A program made the position numbers and the translations under genes. The notes beneath the pieces were generated by a model. The model was given only the letters and a program-made list of their open reading frames with translations, was not told where the DNA came from and ran no database searches. From a virus, in IMG/VR virus record IMGVR_UViG_3300029118_000005: 64,000 nucleotides of DNA, one strand, 5' to 3'. Position 1 is the first letter of the stretch. Each line of letters begins with the position of its first letter. This document shows positions 26,929 to 34,265 of this stretch, piece after piece.

Positions 26929-27028
26929 GATTACATAATACAACAATATGAGGTGTAAATCAAGTTAAATATTTTTAAAAACGCAAGTTGCACAAATTGA
27001 ATATAACAATTTAAAAGTCAGAAAACAT

Positions 27029-27056
27029 AAAAAAGACAATCCACTTTTGGATTGCC
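27029..27056 (-). terminator. Rho-independent terminator after 27064..27666
   Basis: Reverse strand reads GGCAATCCA-AAAG-TGGATTGTC followed by TTTTTT. Confidence 0.7.
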
Positions 27057-27063
27057 TTAGAAA

Positions 27064-27666
27064 CTATTCTGTAATATAACTATAAACATACTGTTTTAAA
27101 AGCTTTGTATAGTTGTCGGACTCTGCGAACCACTCTGACAAAAGGTCATTATCTGGGCGAGCATCGCCAGGCTCGGCAGCTGCACGCGCGATTGGTAAAA
27201 GATCTTGATTTTTTTGTACAACGGCATCTGAAAACGAGTTGATCAACGTTTCTTTTAAAACTTCTGCATTGTGTGTCTGCTGACGGAGAAAAGAAACAAC
27301 TTCGTCCCACTCTTGGCGCGTTGGGAGCCTGTAAGTTACTGCTGCAAGCTTTGAAAAAGCTATTCCGCGTGCATATGGGGCGACAAGATCACAAGCAGGA
27401 ATCGAAAGCACTTGTGATGGTGTGATTTTAAGGCAAGAAAGACAATCTCCGGAAGAGATTGCTAAAAGTGATAAAATTTCTGCTGTATTTTTGGATTGTG
27501 TAAGCTGCTCTAGCTCGTAAGGGGTGATAGGATGATCACCAAGAAAAAGTTCATGCTGGAACACGAACTTTTCAATCTTGCGTTTTAATTGTTTTGGCTT
27601 CAACTTATTTTCCTTTCTGCCCTCGTAGCCTCCGGGGCGGGTGCTTTGATATTTACCAGATTTCAA
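27064..27666 (-). CDS. Hypothetical protein
   Basis: 200-aa ORF in the GC-richer segment. Confidence 0.45.
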   Translation of the reverse strand: MKSGKYQSTRPGGYEGRKENKLKPKQLKRKIEKFVFQHELFLGDHPITPYELEQLTQSKNTAEILSLLAISSGDCLSCLKITPSQVLSIPACDLVAPYARGIAFSKLAAVTYRLPTRQEWDEVVSFLRQQTHNAEVLKETLINSFSDAVVQKNQDLLPIARAAAEPGDARPDNDLLSEWFAESDNYTKLLKQYVYSYITE

Positions 27667-28090
27667 CGCCGAGCTTGTCAGCTGCTGCGCTTACTACGTC
27701 CTCTACGGTGTCACTGTCGGCGCTGTCGTACTCGTCCGCCATATCAGCCAGTTCACACAGCTTGCGGCAGTCGTCGGGGTTCCACTCTCCATTGTGGCGG
27801 ATGCGATACGCGGTAAGTTCTGCAGAATCCTCTTCAAGGAGCACAACAGCGTCAACATAGCGGTTGCTGTCTGGGTCTTCGTCATCGATATAATCATTTG
27901 CGCAATTCTTCCAGTCTTCCATCTGCTCAATGCAGTAATCTACATCATCGACCATAAAAGCATCAACTTCACCGTCAAATTCGAGACCTCCGGTTTCAAA
28001 AAACTCATTGGCCCAATCTGGACCATATCCGCTGCCATTCCAAATTTTCATTGTGACTTCTACAAGCTTCTTTCCGTCTGTCATCTTCAT
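27653..28090 (-). CDS. Highly acidic protein (DNA-mimic / anti-restriction candidate)
   Basis: By my count, 40 D/E versus 11 K/R in 145 aa. First gene downstream of the leftward promoter at 28141-28169. Confidence 0.4.
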   Translation of the reverse strand: MKMTDGKKLVEVTMKIWNGSGYGPDWANEFFETGGLEFDGEVDAFMVDDVDYCIEQMEDWKNCANDYIDDEDPDSNRYVDAVVLLEEDSAELTAYRIRHNGEWNPDDCRKLCELADMADEYDSADSDTVEDVVSAAADKLGVEIW

Positions 28091-28140
28091 ATCTTTTTTA
28101 CCTTTGCCCTTTGGGGCTTCCTTTCTTTCTTTGTGCCTTT

Positions 28141-28169
28141 AGTATAACTTAAAAAAGTTACTATGTCAA
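28141..28169 (-). promoter_or_regulatory. Leftward sigma-A-type promoter overlapping the 3' end of the HTH gene
   Basis: Reverse strand reads TTGACA, 17 nt, then TATACT. It shares the block AAAAAGTCTTGACATA..AACTTTT with the rightward promoter. Confidence 0.6.
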
Positions 28170-28417
28170 GACTTTTTTTGAAAGTTTTTTAAAATTTTTT
28201 CTTCTTCGGCTTGGTCTGGTGCATAGTATATAAGGTGCTCTGGCTGCATGTGCAAGATGCAGCATATACGATTGATAGCATCAAGGCTTATGTGTGTATC
28301 TCCTGCCTTGATCTTTCGCCATGTATCCTGCGACAAAATGCCGCTTTTCTGCGCTGTGTAGGCTGTAACGCCTGCGGTAGCCAGGGCGCCGGCTACATCA
28401 AATTTAAACTTTATCAT
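28166..28417 (-). CDS. XRE-family HTH regulator
   Basis: Likely start is ATG 28417 (MIKFKFDVAG) with AAAGGAGAG RBS. The HTH is YTAQKSGILSQDTWRKIKAG....LDAINRIC. Confidence 0.6.
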   Translation of the reverse strand: MIKFKFDVAGALATAGVTAYTAQKSGILSQDTWRKIKAGDTHISLDAINRICCILHMQPEHLIYYAPDQAEEEKILKNFQKKS

Positions 28418-28462
28418 ATTTGTAGTACTCTCCTTTCGTGCTTGGTGTATTGCTACATATAT

Positions 28463-28491
28463 ATAGTAACTTTTCTGCGGCAAAAAGTCAA
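28463..28491 (-). promoter_or_regulatory. Promoter of the XRE gene
   Basis: Reverse strand reads TTGACT, 17 nt, then TACTAT. Confidence 0.5.
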
Positions 28492-28525
28492 GAAAAAATA
28501 TAACGAAAAAAAGTTATAAAAAGTC

Positions 28526-28553
28526 TTGACATAACTTTTAAAAGTGATATAAT
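28526..28553 (+). promoter_or_regulatory. Rightward near-consensus sigma-A promoter
   Basis: TTGACA, 16 nt, then TATAAT with an extended TG (TGATATAAT). Confidence 0.7.
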
Positions 28554-28664
28554 AAGGGTGTAAACAAAAAAAGCCGGTTGCACTACCTACCAAGCAAACG
28601 CAACCGGCACCAATCAAAAAAAAGAAAGGTAGCTTGATTATACATCAAGCAAAGGGAAAAAACA

Positions 28665-28997
28665 ATGTTATATTCAGAGTTAGCAAAAACTTACAGAAAG
28701 CTTTTTAAGAAATATCCAAATATTTCTAGTCTCCAGGATTTCGGCGGCAAGATTTTAGAAGAAAAAACAACCTATGCTAAGCGCGGCGCGCGTTGGGTTG
28801 AAGTGAAAAAAGAAGAAAAAGAAGTACCGGCAACTTATGTTTTTAATGTATTTGATGCAGTACAATTTTTTAAAGGCTTAGGCGGATACGAAAAAGTAAG
28901 TTGTGGCTATACAAAGGCCGGATATCTTCCAGACGAGTTACTAAGTATCAGCCCTAACAGAACGGAAAAAACAGTAAGAAAATATTATTTCATTTAA
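28665..28997 (+). CDS. Hypothetical protein
   Basis: 110-aa ORF. About 100 nt of structured leader (hairpin GCCGGTTGC...GCAACCGGC at 28571-28608). AAGGGA RBS. Confidence 0.45.
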   Translation: MLYSELAKTYRKLFKKYPNISSLQDFGGKILEEKTTYAKRGARWVEVKKEEKEVPATYVFNVFDAVQFFKGLGGYEKVSCGYTKAGYLPDELLSISPNRTEKTVRKYYFI

Positions 28998-29023
28998 AAA
29001 AATAAGGTGGGCGAAAATGCCCA
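28986..29023. terminator. Bidirectional terminator between convergent genes
   Basis: AAAAAA..GGTGGGC-GAAAAT-GCCCACC-TTTTTTT. Confidence 0.8.
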
Positions 29024-29030
29024 CCTTTTT

Positions 29031-29426
29031 TTATTTGCTTCGTGCCTGATCAAGTAGCCGCTGCGTCTGCTTCTGGCCGTATATATCCATGATATCAAGC
29101 TGATACCGTGCATCAGTCAAGAGCCTTTGCAGGTCTACCGCTTCCAGGTCTGGCGTATGGTTCTTAGTCTTCTGACTGGACGGCTCCGGACCTGCCGCAG
29201 GTGCTGCAGGTCCTTCTGCATCTGGTGCCGCTGATCGGATGCTATCGCGGTCTATAGCTGCATCGGCTGCATCTGTCAAAAACTGCGCTAGGCTTTGCCC
29301 TCTGGCGGCTGCTGCGTCTAAATACTTTTGCTTGCATCCTTTTTTCACGCGAATATTTATCTGCTCAAGATGTTCTTTTTGATACTTCATGATCGCGTTT
29401 TTCTGTGCCTCTGAATACTTGCCCAT
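29031..29426 (-). CDS. Ribbon-helix-helix (CopG/Arc-like) regulator
   Basis: The N-terminus EQINIRVKKGCKQKYLDAAAARGQSLAQFLTDAADAAI is a typical RHH pattern. Divergent from the operator-rich promoter region. Confidence 0.55.
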   Translation of the reverse strand: MGKYSEAQKNAIMKYQKEHLEQINIRVKKGCKQKYLDAAAARGQSLAQFLTDAADAAIDRDSIRSAAPDAEGPAAPAAGPEPSSQKTKNHTPDLEAVDLQRLLTDARYQLDIMDIYGQKQTQRLLDQARSK

Positions 29427-29490
29427 TTTACACCTCCTATAAATAATGGCCCTATTCCACCACTAGCATAGTTATAGCATAGAAATATAG

Positions 29491-29576
29491 TGCTAGCTAT
29501 AGATAAAATAAACAAAAATTCTATAGCTAGCTTGTGAAATATCACAGTTGACTATAGCTAGCTATAGAAGTATAAT
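29491..29576 (+). promoter_or_regulatory. Promoter (TTGACT, 17 nt, TATAAT) with three TATAGCTAGC-type palindromic operators
   Basis: Operator copies lie at 29491-29502, 29521-29531 and 29554-29567; the last is inside the spacer. The -35 is at 29548-29553 and the -10 at 29571-29576. Confidence 0.65.
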
Positions 29577-29625
29577 ACAGTCAGAAACAAGGAAAACAAC
29601 AAACACAGAAAGGAAGTAAAAAAAT

Positions 29626-29928
29626 ATGAAGAGAACAAAAAATATGATTTATAAGGCATCCGATGAAGCAAGAGAGCTGTTTTTATATGCTACTAACTCA
29701 GGCGTTTTGTATGATCGCCAGATTAAGCCGAGTATCGAAAACCTCAGAAAAAAAGCAAGAAAGGGGACCTTTGATAAAGACAAGGCGGCAGACCTCTTTT
29801 ACTATGTAGCCACAAGCGCTTCGGCCATGTATAATAGAGATTTTGGATTTAGCTTTTCTGTCCAGCAGCGCTTTACAGCCGCGGTTGATATGGTTGATTT
29901 TTACATTGATGAAATAGAAGAGATTTAA
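29626..29928 (+). CDS. Hypothetical protein
   Basis: 100-aa ORF with AAAGGAAG RBS. Confidence 0.45.
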   Translation: MKRTKNMIYKASDEARELFLYATNSGVLYDRQIKPSIENLRKKARKGTFDKDKAADLFYYVATSASAMYNRDFGFSFSVQQRFTAAVDMVDFYIDEIEEI

Positions 29929-30006
29929 GCCGAAACGCCCAAGGCTGGGCGTCCGTTGGGGATTGCCTCCCAGCGCTGATGATGGCAGGCAAGAAAGGGA
30001 AAAGTT

Positions 30007-30369
30007 ATGACAACATTACACATTATTAAGTTAAGTGAGAACGCCCCAGCTATGGCGCACGGTTTCCACTATAACGTCCAGATCTGGACGAAGGACAGCG
30101 GCCGTGGCTGGTGCTATGCCGGAAATGGTAAGTTTTTAAAGGCTGCAGATGAGGTTCTGAGATATGGCAAGGAACACGCCGAGTTTTACAGTGATGACAT
30201 GTACAAGGATTTTTACGCCTGTATGAGTGAGGAAGACGTTGTATATTTTGTAGGGGTTTACAAGTGGCACGCCTTCCGCGTATATCCAGACGGAAAAATT
30301 ACAAAGGCAACTGAGCAAGAACGCGAATTGGCCGGAAAATGGCTTGAAAGAGAGAAAGGAAAGCGATGA
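30007..30369 (+). CDS. Hypothetical protein
   Basis: 120-aa ORF. Its N-terminal half is paralogous to the next small ORF. Confidence 0.45.
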   Translation: MTTLHIIKLSENAPAMAHGFHYNVQIWTKDSGRGWCYAGNGKFLKAADEVLRYGKEHAEFYSDDMYKDFYACMSEEDVVYFVGVYKWHAFRVYPDGKITKATEQERELAGKWLEREKGKR

Positions 30370-30524
30370 TCACAACAAAAATTGTCTTGCTGGGCGACAC
30401 TCACCCGGCAAGACTTCGCGGTTATGGTTACAGTGTGCAGATTTTTGTAGATGGTGAATACAGTAATATTTGCAAGCTGTGCCGGACTCTGGCAGATGCT
30501 GAAAGCTACGCTAAGGAATTTTAA
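30366..30524 (+). CDS. Small protein (52 aa), paralog of the N-terminus of 30007..30369
   Basis: ATGA start/stop overlap. Sequence is MITTKIVLLGDTHPARLRGYGYSVQIFVDG...AESYAKEF. Below the ORF-track cutoff. Confidence 0.4.
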   Translation: MITTKIVLLGDTHPARLRGYGYSVQIFVDGEYSNICKLCRTLADAESYAKEF

Positions 30525-30628
30525 GTTTTTTTGTGTTTCTCCGCTTTAGGCGGCGAGGTTCACGACCTGGGGACACTTTACCGGGGAAAACCGGAACAAA
30601 AAAGAAAACTAAAAGAAAGGTTAAAACA

Positions 30629-31024
30629 ATGATTTTACAGACAGTATCTATCAGCGCCGCGCCGCGAGAGCTGCATATAAAGCTTTTCAAGGCTCACGGC
30701 GAGGAGTGGGAAAAGCTGGTGAAAGAAATTGCAAGCCTTGACGCTGTGGCTCTTGCGTCATGGGCGCGAGTATTCGAGGCGGTAAAGACTCCAGGTGTGG
30801 TGGCACACTGGGAAGTGCAGCACGAAATTGGCGACAAGGCATACACAGAGCAACGTATACTGCACGTATCCGTAAAGAATCCGGGCTGCATTCAGTTTTC
30901 TACAGCTCACATCTACCCAGACGAATATATCCCGGTGATGGATTCACAGTTTAAAAATGCAGCTGATTTTTTCAGATATGAAGCGCCGCCATCAGCAGTT
31001 GTTATTGTTGAAAAGGTTGCGTGA
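30629..31024 (+). CDS. Hypothetical protein
   Basis: Likely start is ATG 30629 (MILQTVSIS). Confidence 0.4.
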   Translation: MILQTVSISAAPRELHIKLFKAHGEEWEKLVKEIASLDAVALASWARVFEAVKTPGVVAHWEVQHEIGDKAYTEQRILHVSVKNPGCIQFSTAHIYPDEYIPVMDSQFKNAADFFRYEAPPSAVVIVEKVA

Positions 31025-31043
31025 AACGGAAAGAGGTGATAAG

Positions 31044-31316
31044 ATGAAGGTAATCTGGGAACCAGGTCTGCAGATCAAGAAGATGTGCAGCAGTGCAGAG
31101 CATGCTATTGTTGCGGTTAACGTCCGGCAGTATATTGATTTTCTAGGTGGAAAATGGAGAAACCATTTTGTTACAAAGCGGCAACTGTTTGCAGAAAAAG
31201 AGTTGTCAACGAATAACGGAAATTTTAAGACATTTGCTAGCAATGGACGCTTAGAGCTTTTTAATGCGGTAACAGATGGGGTTGAAAAAGCCAAGAACTT
31301 TTTGTATAATATTTGA
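31044..31316 (+). CDS. Hypothetical protein
   Basis: Likely start is ATG 31044 (MKVIWEPG) with AAAGAGGTG RBS. Confidence 0.4.
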   Translation: MKVIWEPGLQIKKMCSSAEHAIVAVNVRQYIDFLGGKWRNHFVTKRQLFAEKELSTNNGNFKTFASNGRLELFNAVTDGVEKAKNFLYNI

Positions 31317-31377
31317 AACACACATATGTACTGTTATTTTGCAATAGTGCATATTGACAAAGAAAGGAAGGGCAAAC

Positions 31378-32283
31378 ATGAATTGGGAAAATTTGCTGAA
31401 AGTGTATGAAAATATGGGTGTTGAGGATATTATCCCAATAGCCCATACAAGAATTTTACCACATATAAAGGTATTGCTCGATGAAAATGGAAATTACATA
31501 GGGGCGATGTTAAACGGTAAAGACCGTTTTACTATTCCGTGCACCATTGAATCTGAATCAAGAACAAGCGGAAACAATCCACATCCGATTCATGACAATA
31601 TGCAATATTTGTCGGCAGACTATAACAAAGAAAAACACGATAAATATATGGAACAATTAGAAGCCTACATTTCTAAAGTAGATGACAAATTGGCAAAATC
31701 AGTATACAGATTTGTTCAAAAAGGATTGATGAGGGATGTTTTACAAGGATTTCTAAAAAAGATTCCTTATCCAGAAGAAAAAACTGTGGTTTGTTTTGTG
31801 ATGGCTCCGCAGGAAGAATTGATAAGAGCAAGTTTTAGTGGGGAATATGAAAAATATTGCCTAAATCTTCTTCGATCAGGAGACGGGCAAAACAAGCAAT
31901 GGAAAGACTATTATCTTAGCAGTTTGGAACCAAATGGAATGTGTAGCATTACAGGAAATAACGATTTTATTCCTGCAACTTATCCGAAGGGTATTAGATT
32001 TGCAGGTGATGGAGCAAAACTTTTTATTGCGTCATCTCGTAATATTATGTTGGAAGGAATGCCGGCCCTTGCACCTGGTTACATAGCGTCGCAAAAAATA
32101 CTGCATACGCTTCAATGCCTATGCTTTGAGGGACCACAATGGGCAAATCAAGTAATGCGTGACAATTTAAAATCTGTTAAAGAAATTGATTTAACAGCAG
32201 ATGAAGAGAAAGTAGTGGAAAGGTATATAAAAAACATACTTAAAGAAAGTAAGACGTGTCAAATAACTCCTGACTGTAAATAA
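31378..32283 (+). CDS. cas8c: Cas8c/Csd1-like protein, N-terminal ~300 aa only (truncated type I-C Cascade large-subunit homolog)
   Basis: Likely start is ATG 31378. Four segments are collinear with Firmicute Csd1 as I recall it: NWENLLKVYEN, IIPIAHT, TIPCTIESESRTSGNNPHPIHDNMQYLSADY, and CSITGN..P..YPKGIRFAGDGAKL...GYIASQKILHTLQCL. The protein ends about 300 aa short of canonical length. Confidence 0.55.
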   Translation: MNWENLLKVYENMGVEDIIPIAHTRILPHIKVLLDENGNYIGAMLNGKDRFTIPCTIESESRTSGNNPHPIHDNMQYLSADYNKEKHDKYMEQLEAYISKVDDKLAKSVYRFVQKGLMRDVLQGFLKKIPYPEEKTVVCFVMAPQEELIRASFSGEYEKYCLNLLRSGDGQNKQWKDYYLSSLEPNGMCSITGNNDFIPATYPKGIRFAGDGAKLFIASSRNIMLEGMPALAPGYIASQKILHTLQCLCFEGPQWANQVMRDNLKSVKEIDLTADEEKVVERYIKNILKESKTCQITPDCK

Positions 32284-32388
32284 AGGCTGGAGAATGTAAG
32301 AATTACTAATTAAAAAGACCGAAACGGATGTGAAAATGGCACTGGAAGTGATTCGAAAGCAGAAAATTGAGAGAGGGGGTGAAGATGA

Positions 32389-33297
32389 ATGACTGGTAAA
32401 TATAATATTCAGATAGGCGATGTATTTGGGCAATGGGAAGTAATAGGGCAAGGCAGCAAGCCCTATTACTCAAAGTGTAGATGTACTTGCGGTACGATTA
32501 GAGATGTAAGCAACAGATCTCTTTGCGCTGGTGATTCTAAATCTTGTGGATGCAATAAGGAATACTTAAAAGCCAGACGAAAAGAATCTTCTGTTAAGAC
32601 TGGTGATCGTTTCGGAATGTGGAAGGTGATTGGTGAATCAAGTAGACCGTATTCAGTTCTATGCAAATGTGACTGTGGGACAGTTAGAAACGTATATAGT
32701 CGTATGCTATTAGCAGGTAAATCTAAATCTTGTGGGTGCAATAAGGAGCATGTAAAAACTACCTCTAAAAAAATATCCGAAACCAACTTGAGAATTGCAC
32801 AGAAAAAAGTCGGAACTAGTATCAATGGATTTAAAATTGTAAGTATTTTTAAGAAAAAGGGGGAGAATGTTTTTTATTGCAAAGCTATATGCCCAGTTTG
32901 CGGAAAAGAAACAGAAACCCAGTTGTCCAGATTGAAAAAAAATTATATGTGTGTAAATTGTAACCGTAATAATGGGGACTTTTTGAAAGAAATACAGAAA
33001 AGCTGCTATGTGGATGGTTCTTGCTTGCCAAGCATTAGATCAAGAGAAAATGGAACTGTCAACAAAAATTCTAGTACAAAAGTAAACGGGGTTTCGCTTC
33101 AAAAAGACGGAAGCTATAGAGCATATATAACATTTAGACATAAACAATATCATTTGGGAGTATATGCTAGTCTGGAAGAGGCAGCATCGGCACGCAAAGA
33201 GGCTGAAAAAAAGCTCTTTGGTGAATACATAAAGAGTCATCAGGGATGGGAAGATGAGCTAAAAGAAATCGGAAAGAGACATAGAAAAAAACCATAA
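32389..33297 (+). CDS. AP2-domain DNA-binding protein with repeated zinc-ribbon modules
   Basis: The module W.VIG....Y...C.CGT.R.V....L..G.SKSCGCNKE occurs twice. The C-terminus GVSLQKDGSYRAYITFRHKQYHLGVYASLEEAASAR is an AP2 pattern. Confidence 0.6.
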   Translation: MTGKYNIQIGDVFGQWEVIGQGSKPYYSKCRCTCGTIRDVSNRSLCAGDSKSCGCNKEYLKARRKESSVKTGDRFGMWKVIGESSRPYSVLCKCDCGTVRNVYSRMLLAGKSKSCGCNKEHVKTTSKKISETNLRIAQKKVGTSINGFKIVSIFKKKGENVFYCKAICPVCGKETETQLSRLKKNYMCVNCNRNNGDFLKEIQKSCYVDGSCLPSIRSRENGTVNKNSSTKVNGVSLQKDGSYRAYITFRHKQYHLGVYASLEEAASARKEAEKKLFGEYIKSHQGWEDELKEIGKRHRKKP

Positions 33298-33304
33298 TAA
33301 AAAG

Positions 33305-33337
33305 TAGGGATAGAATCAAATCTATCCCTATTATTTT
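33305..33337 (+). terminator. Rho-independent terminator of the plus-strand island
   Basis: TAGGGATAG-AATCAAAT-CTATCCCTA followed by TTATTTT. Confidence 0.75.
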
Positions 33338-33408
33338 ACAGTTCTTGACAGTATTTTACATTACTTTACATTATTATACATTATTTTACATTAAAATAAT
33401 GTCAAAAT
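33331..33408. repeat. Junction motif copy A: six 10-bp-phased TTTACA-type repeats ending in the palindrome ACATTAAAATAATGT
   Basis: ttattttaca|gttcttgaca|gtattttaca|ttactttaca|ttattataca|ttattttaca|ttaaaataatgtcaaaat. Confidence 0.8.
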
Positions 33409-33567
33409 CTATCGGCTTTTCTTACGGCGCTGCTTCTGCCTCTGCTGTTTGTATTCGGTTCTTATGACTGTGATATTTCCGACAGTTTCCTCAGTTCTGA
33501 TTCGCTTCAAACTGCCAACATAGGTTATTATGCTGATTTCGTGTTTTTTTCCACTTCTACTACCCAT
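33409..33567 (-). CDS. Small basic protein (52 aa)
   Basis: The ATG lies 1 nt after the upstream TGA, with GAGGGG RBS. Sequence is MGSRSGKKHEISIITYVGSLKRIRTEETVGNITVIRTEYKQQRQKQRRKKSR. Confidence 0.4.
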   Translation of the reverse strand: MGSRSGKKHEISIITYVGSLKRIRTEETVGNITVIRTEYKQQRQKQRRKKSR

Positions 33568-33568
33568 A

Positions 33569-34210
33569 TCATCCCCTCAACTTTCTCGTAAGCTGCTGTC
33601 CAAATGATTCTCGATACGTAATTTTTACATCTGTGTCCACATCAATAGGGCGTCCAACGACTAAAATTTCTGTTGGATGGAGCCGGGAACACATTTCTTT
33701 GAAGCCCTGTCGATAACACTCCTTGCCTTGATCGGTAAAGCAGCCGTTTGTGCTGACTGCCAGCGTACTCTCTTCTGGCAGCCCTTCAAAACAAAACTCA
33801 AACGTCTCTGTGCTTCCCCAACCTACAGTTGGGATGGCGTTACAACCGTTCATAAATAGCCACCATGCCAGGGCACGGCTTCTGTACACTTGATGCAGCT
33901 GCATGACCTTTGGCATAGAGTCGTAGAACGAGAAGTCAGGAGCGCAGACATATTTGAAATTTTCAAGCATTGGAAGATACTTTTGCGGTTGATTCCATAA
34001 TGGCTCGAACCGTGCATCATCAATAAAAAAGTGGCAAAGCGCCTTCTTCGGATTTTTTTCTTTCACCGCCTCACAAAATGATACTGCATTAAGCCCACTC
34101 AGAGAAGCGTGTACTGGGAGCAGTTTTGGAAATCCCAGTGGAGTAAGTTCGGATTGATAAAGATATCGCTCACGGAGAACGTCTTTTTGCGTGTGAATCT
34201 TTGTGTACAT
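33569..34210 (-). CDS. DUF4417-like protein
   Basis: Likely start is ATG 34210. The segments HFFIDDARFE..W, APDFSFYDSMP, YRSRALAWW...IPTVGW and FCFEGLP fit the DUF4417 pattern. Confidence 0.5.
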   Translation of the reverse strand: MYTKIHTQKDVLRERYLYQSELTPLGFPKLLPVHASLSGLNAVSFCEAVKEKNPKKALCHFFIDDARFEPLWNQPQKYLPMLENFKYVCAPDFSFYDSMPKVMQLHQVYRSRALAWWLFMNGCNAIPTVGWGSTETFEFCFEGLPEESTLAVSTNGCFTDQGKECYRQGFKEMCSRLHPTEILVVGRPIDVDTDVKITYRESFGQQLTRKLRG

Positions 34211-34265
34211 CTGCCTTCCTTTCTGGCACATTGCCTAAAGTCATGCGTGTACTGTGATCTTTATT

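Noticed and set aside
29929-29975. GC-rich hairpin ACGCCCA-AGGC-TGGGCGT followed by ..GGATTG.., superficially like a type I-C CRISPR repeat (stem plus TGGATTGAAAC); possible solitary repeat / RNA anti-CRISPR
   Set aside because: The similarity is limited to a generic GC hairpin and a 6-nt GGATTG with wrong spacing and a wrong 3' end. A second ordinary hairpin follows, so it looks like an intergenic attenuator. Comparison with the host I-C repeat would settle it.
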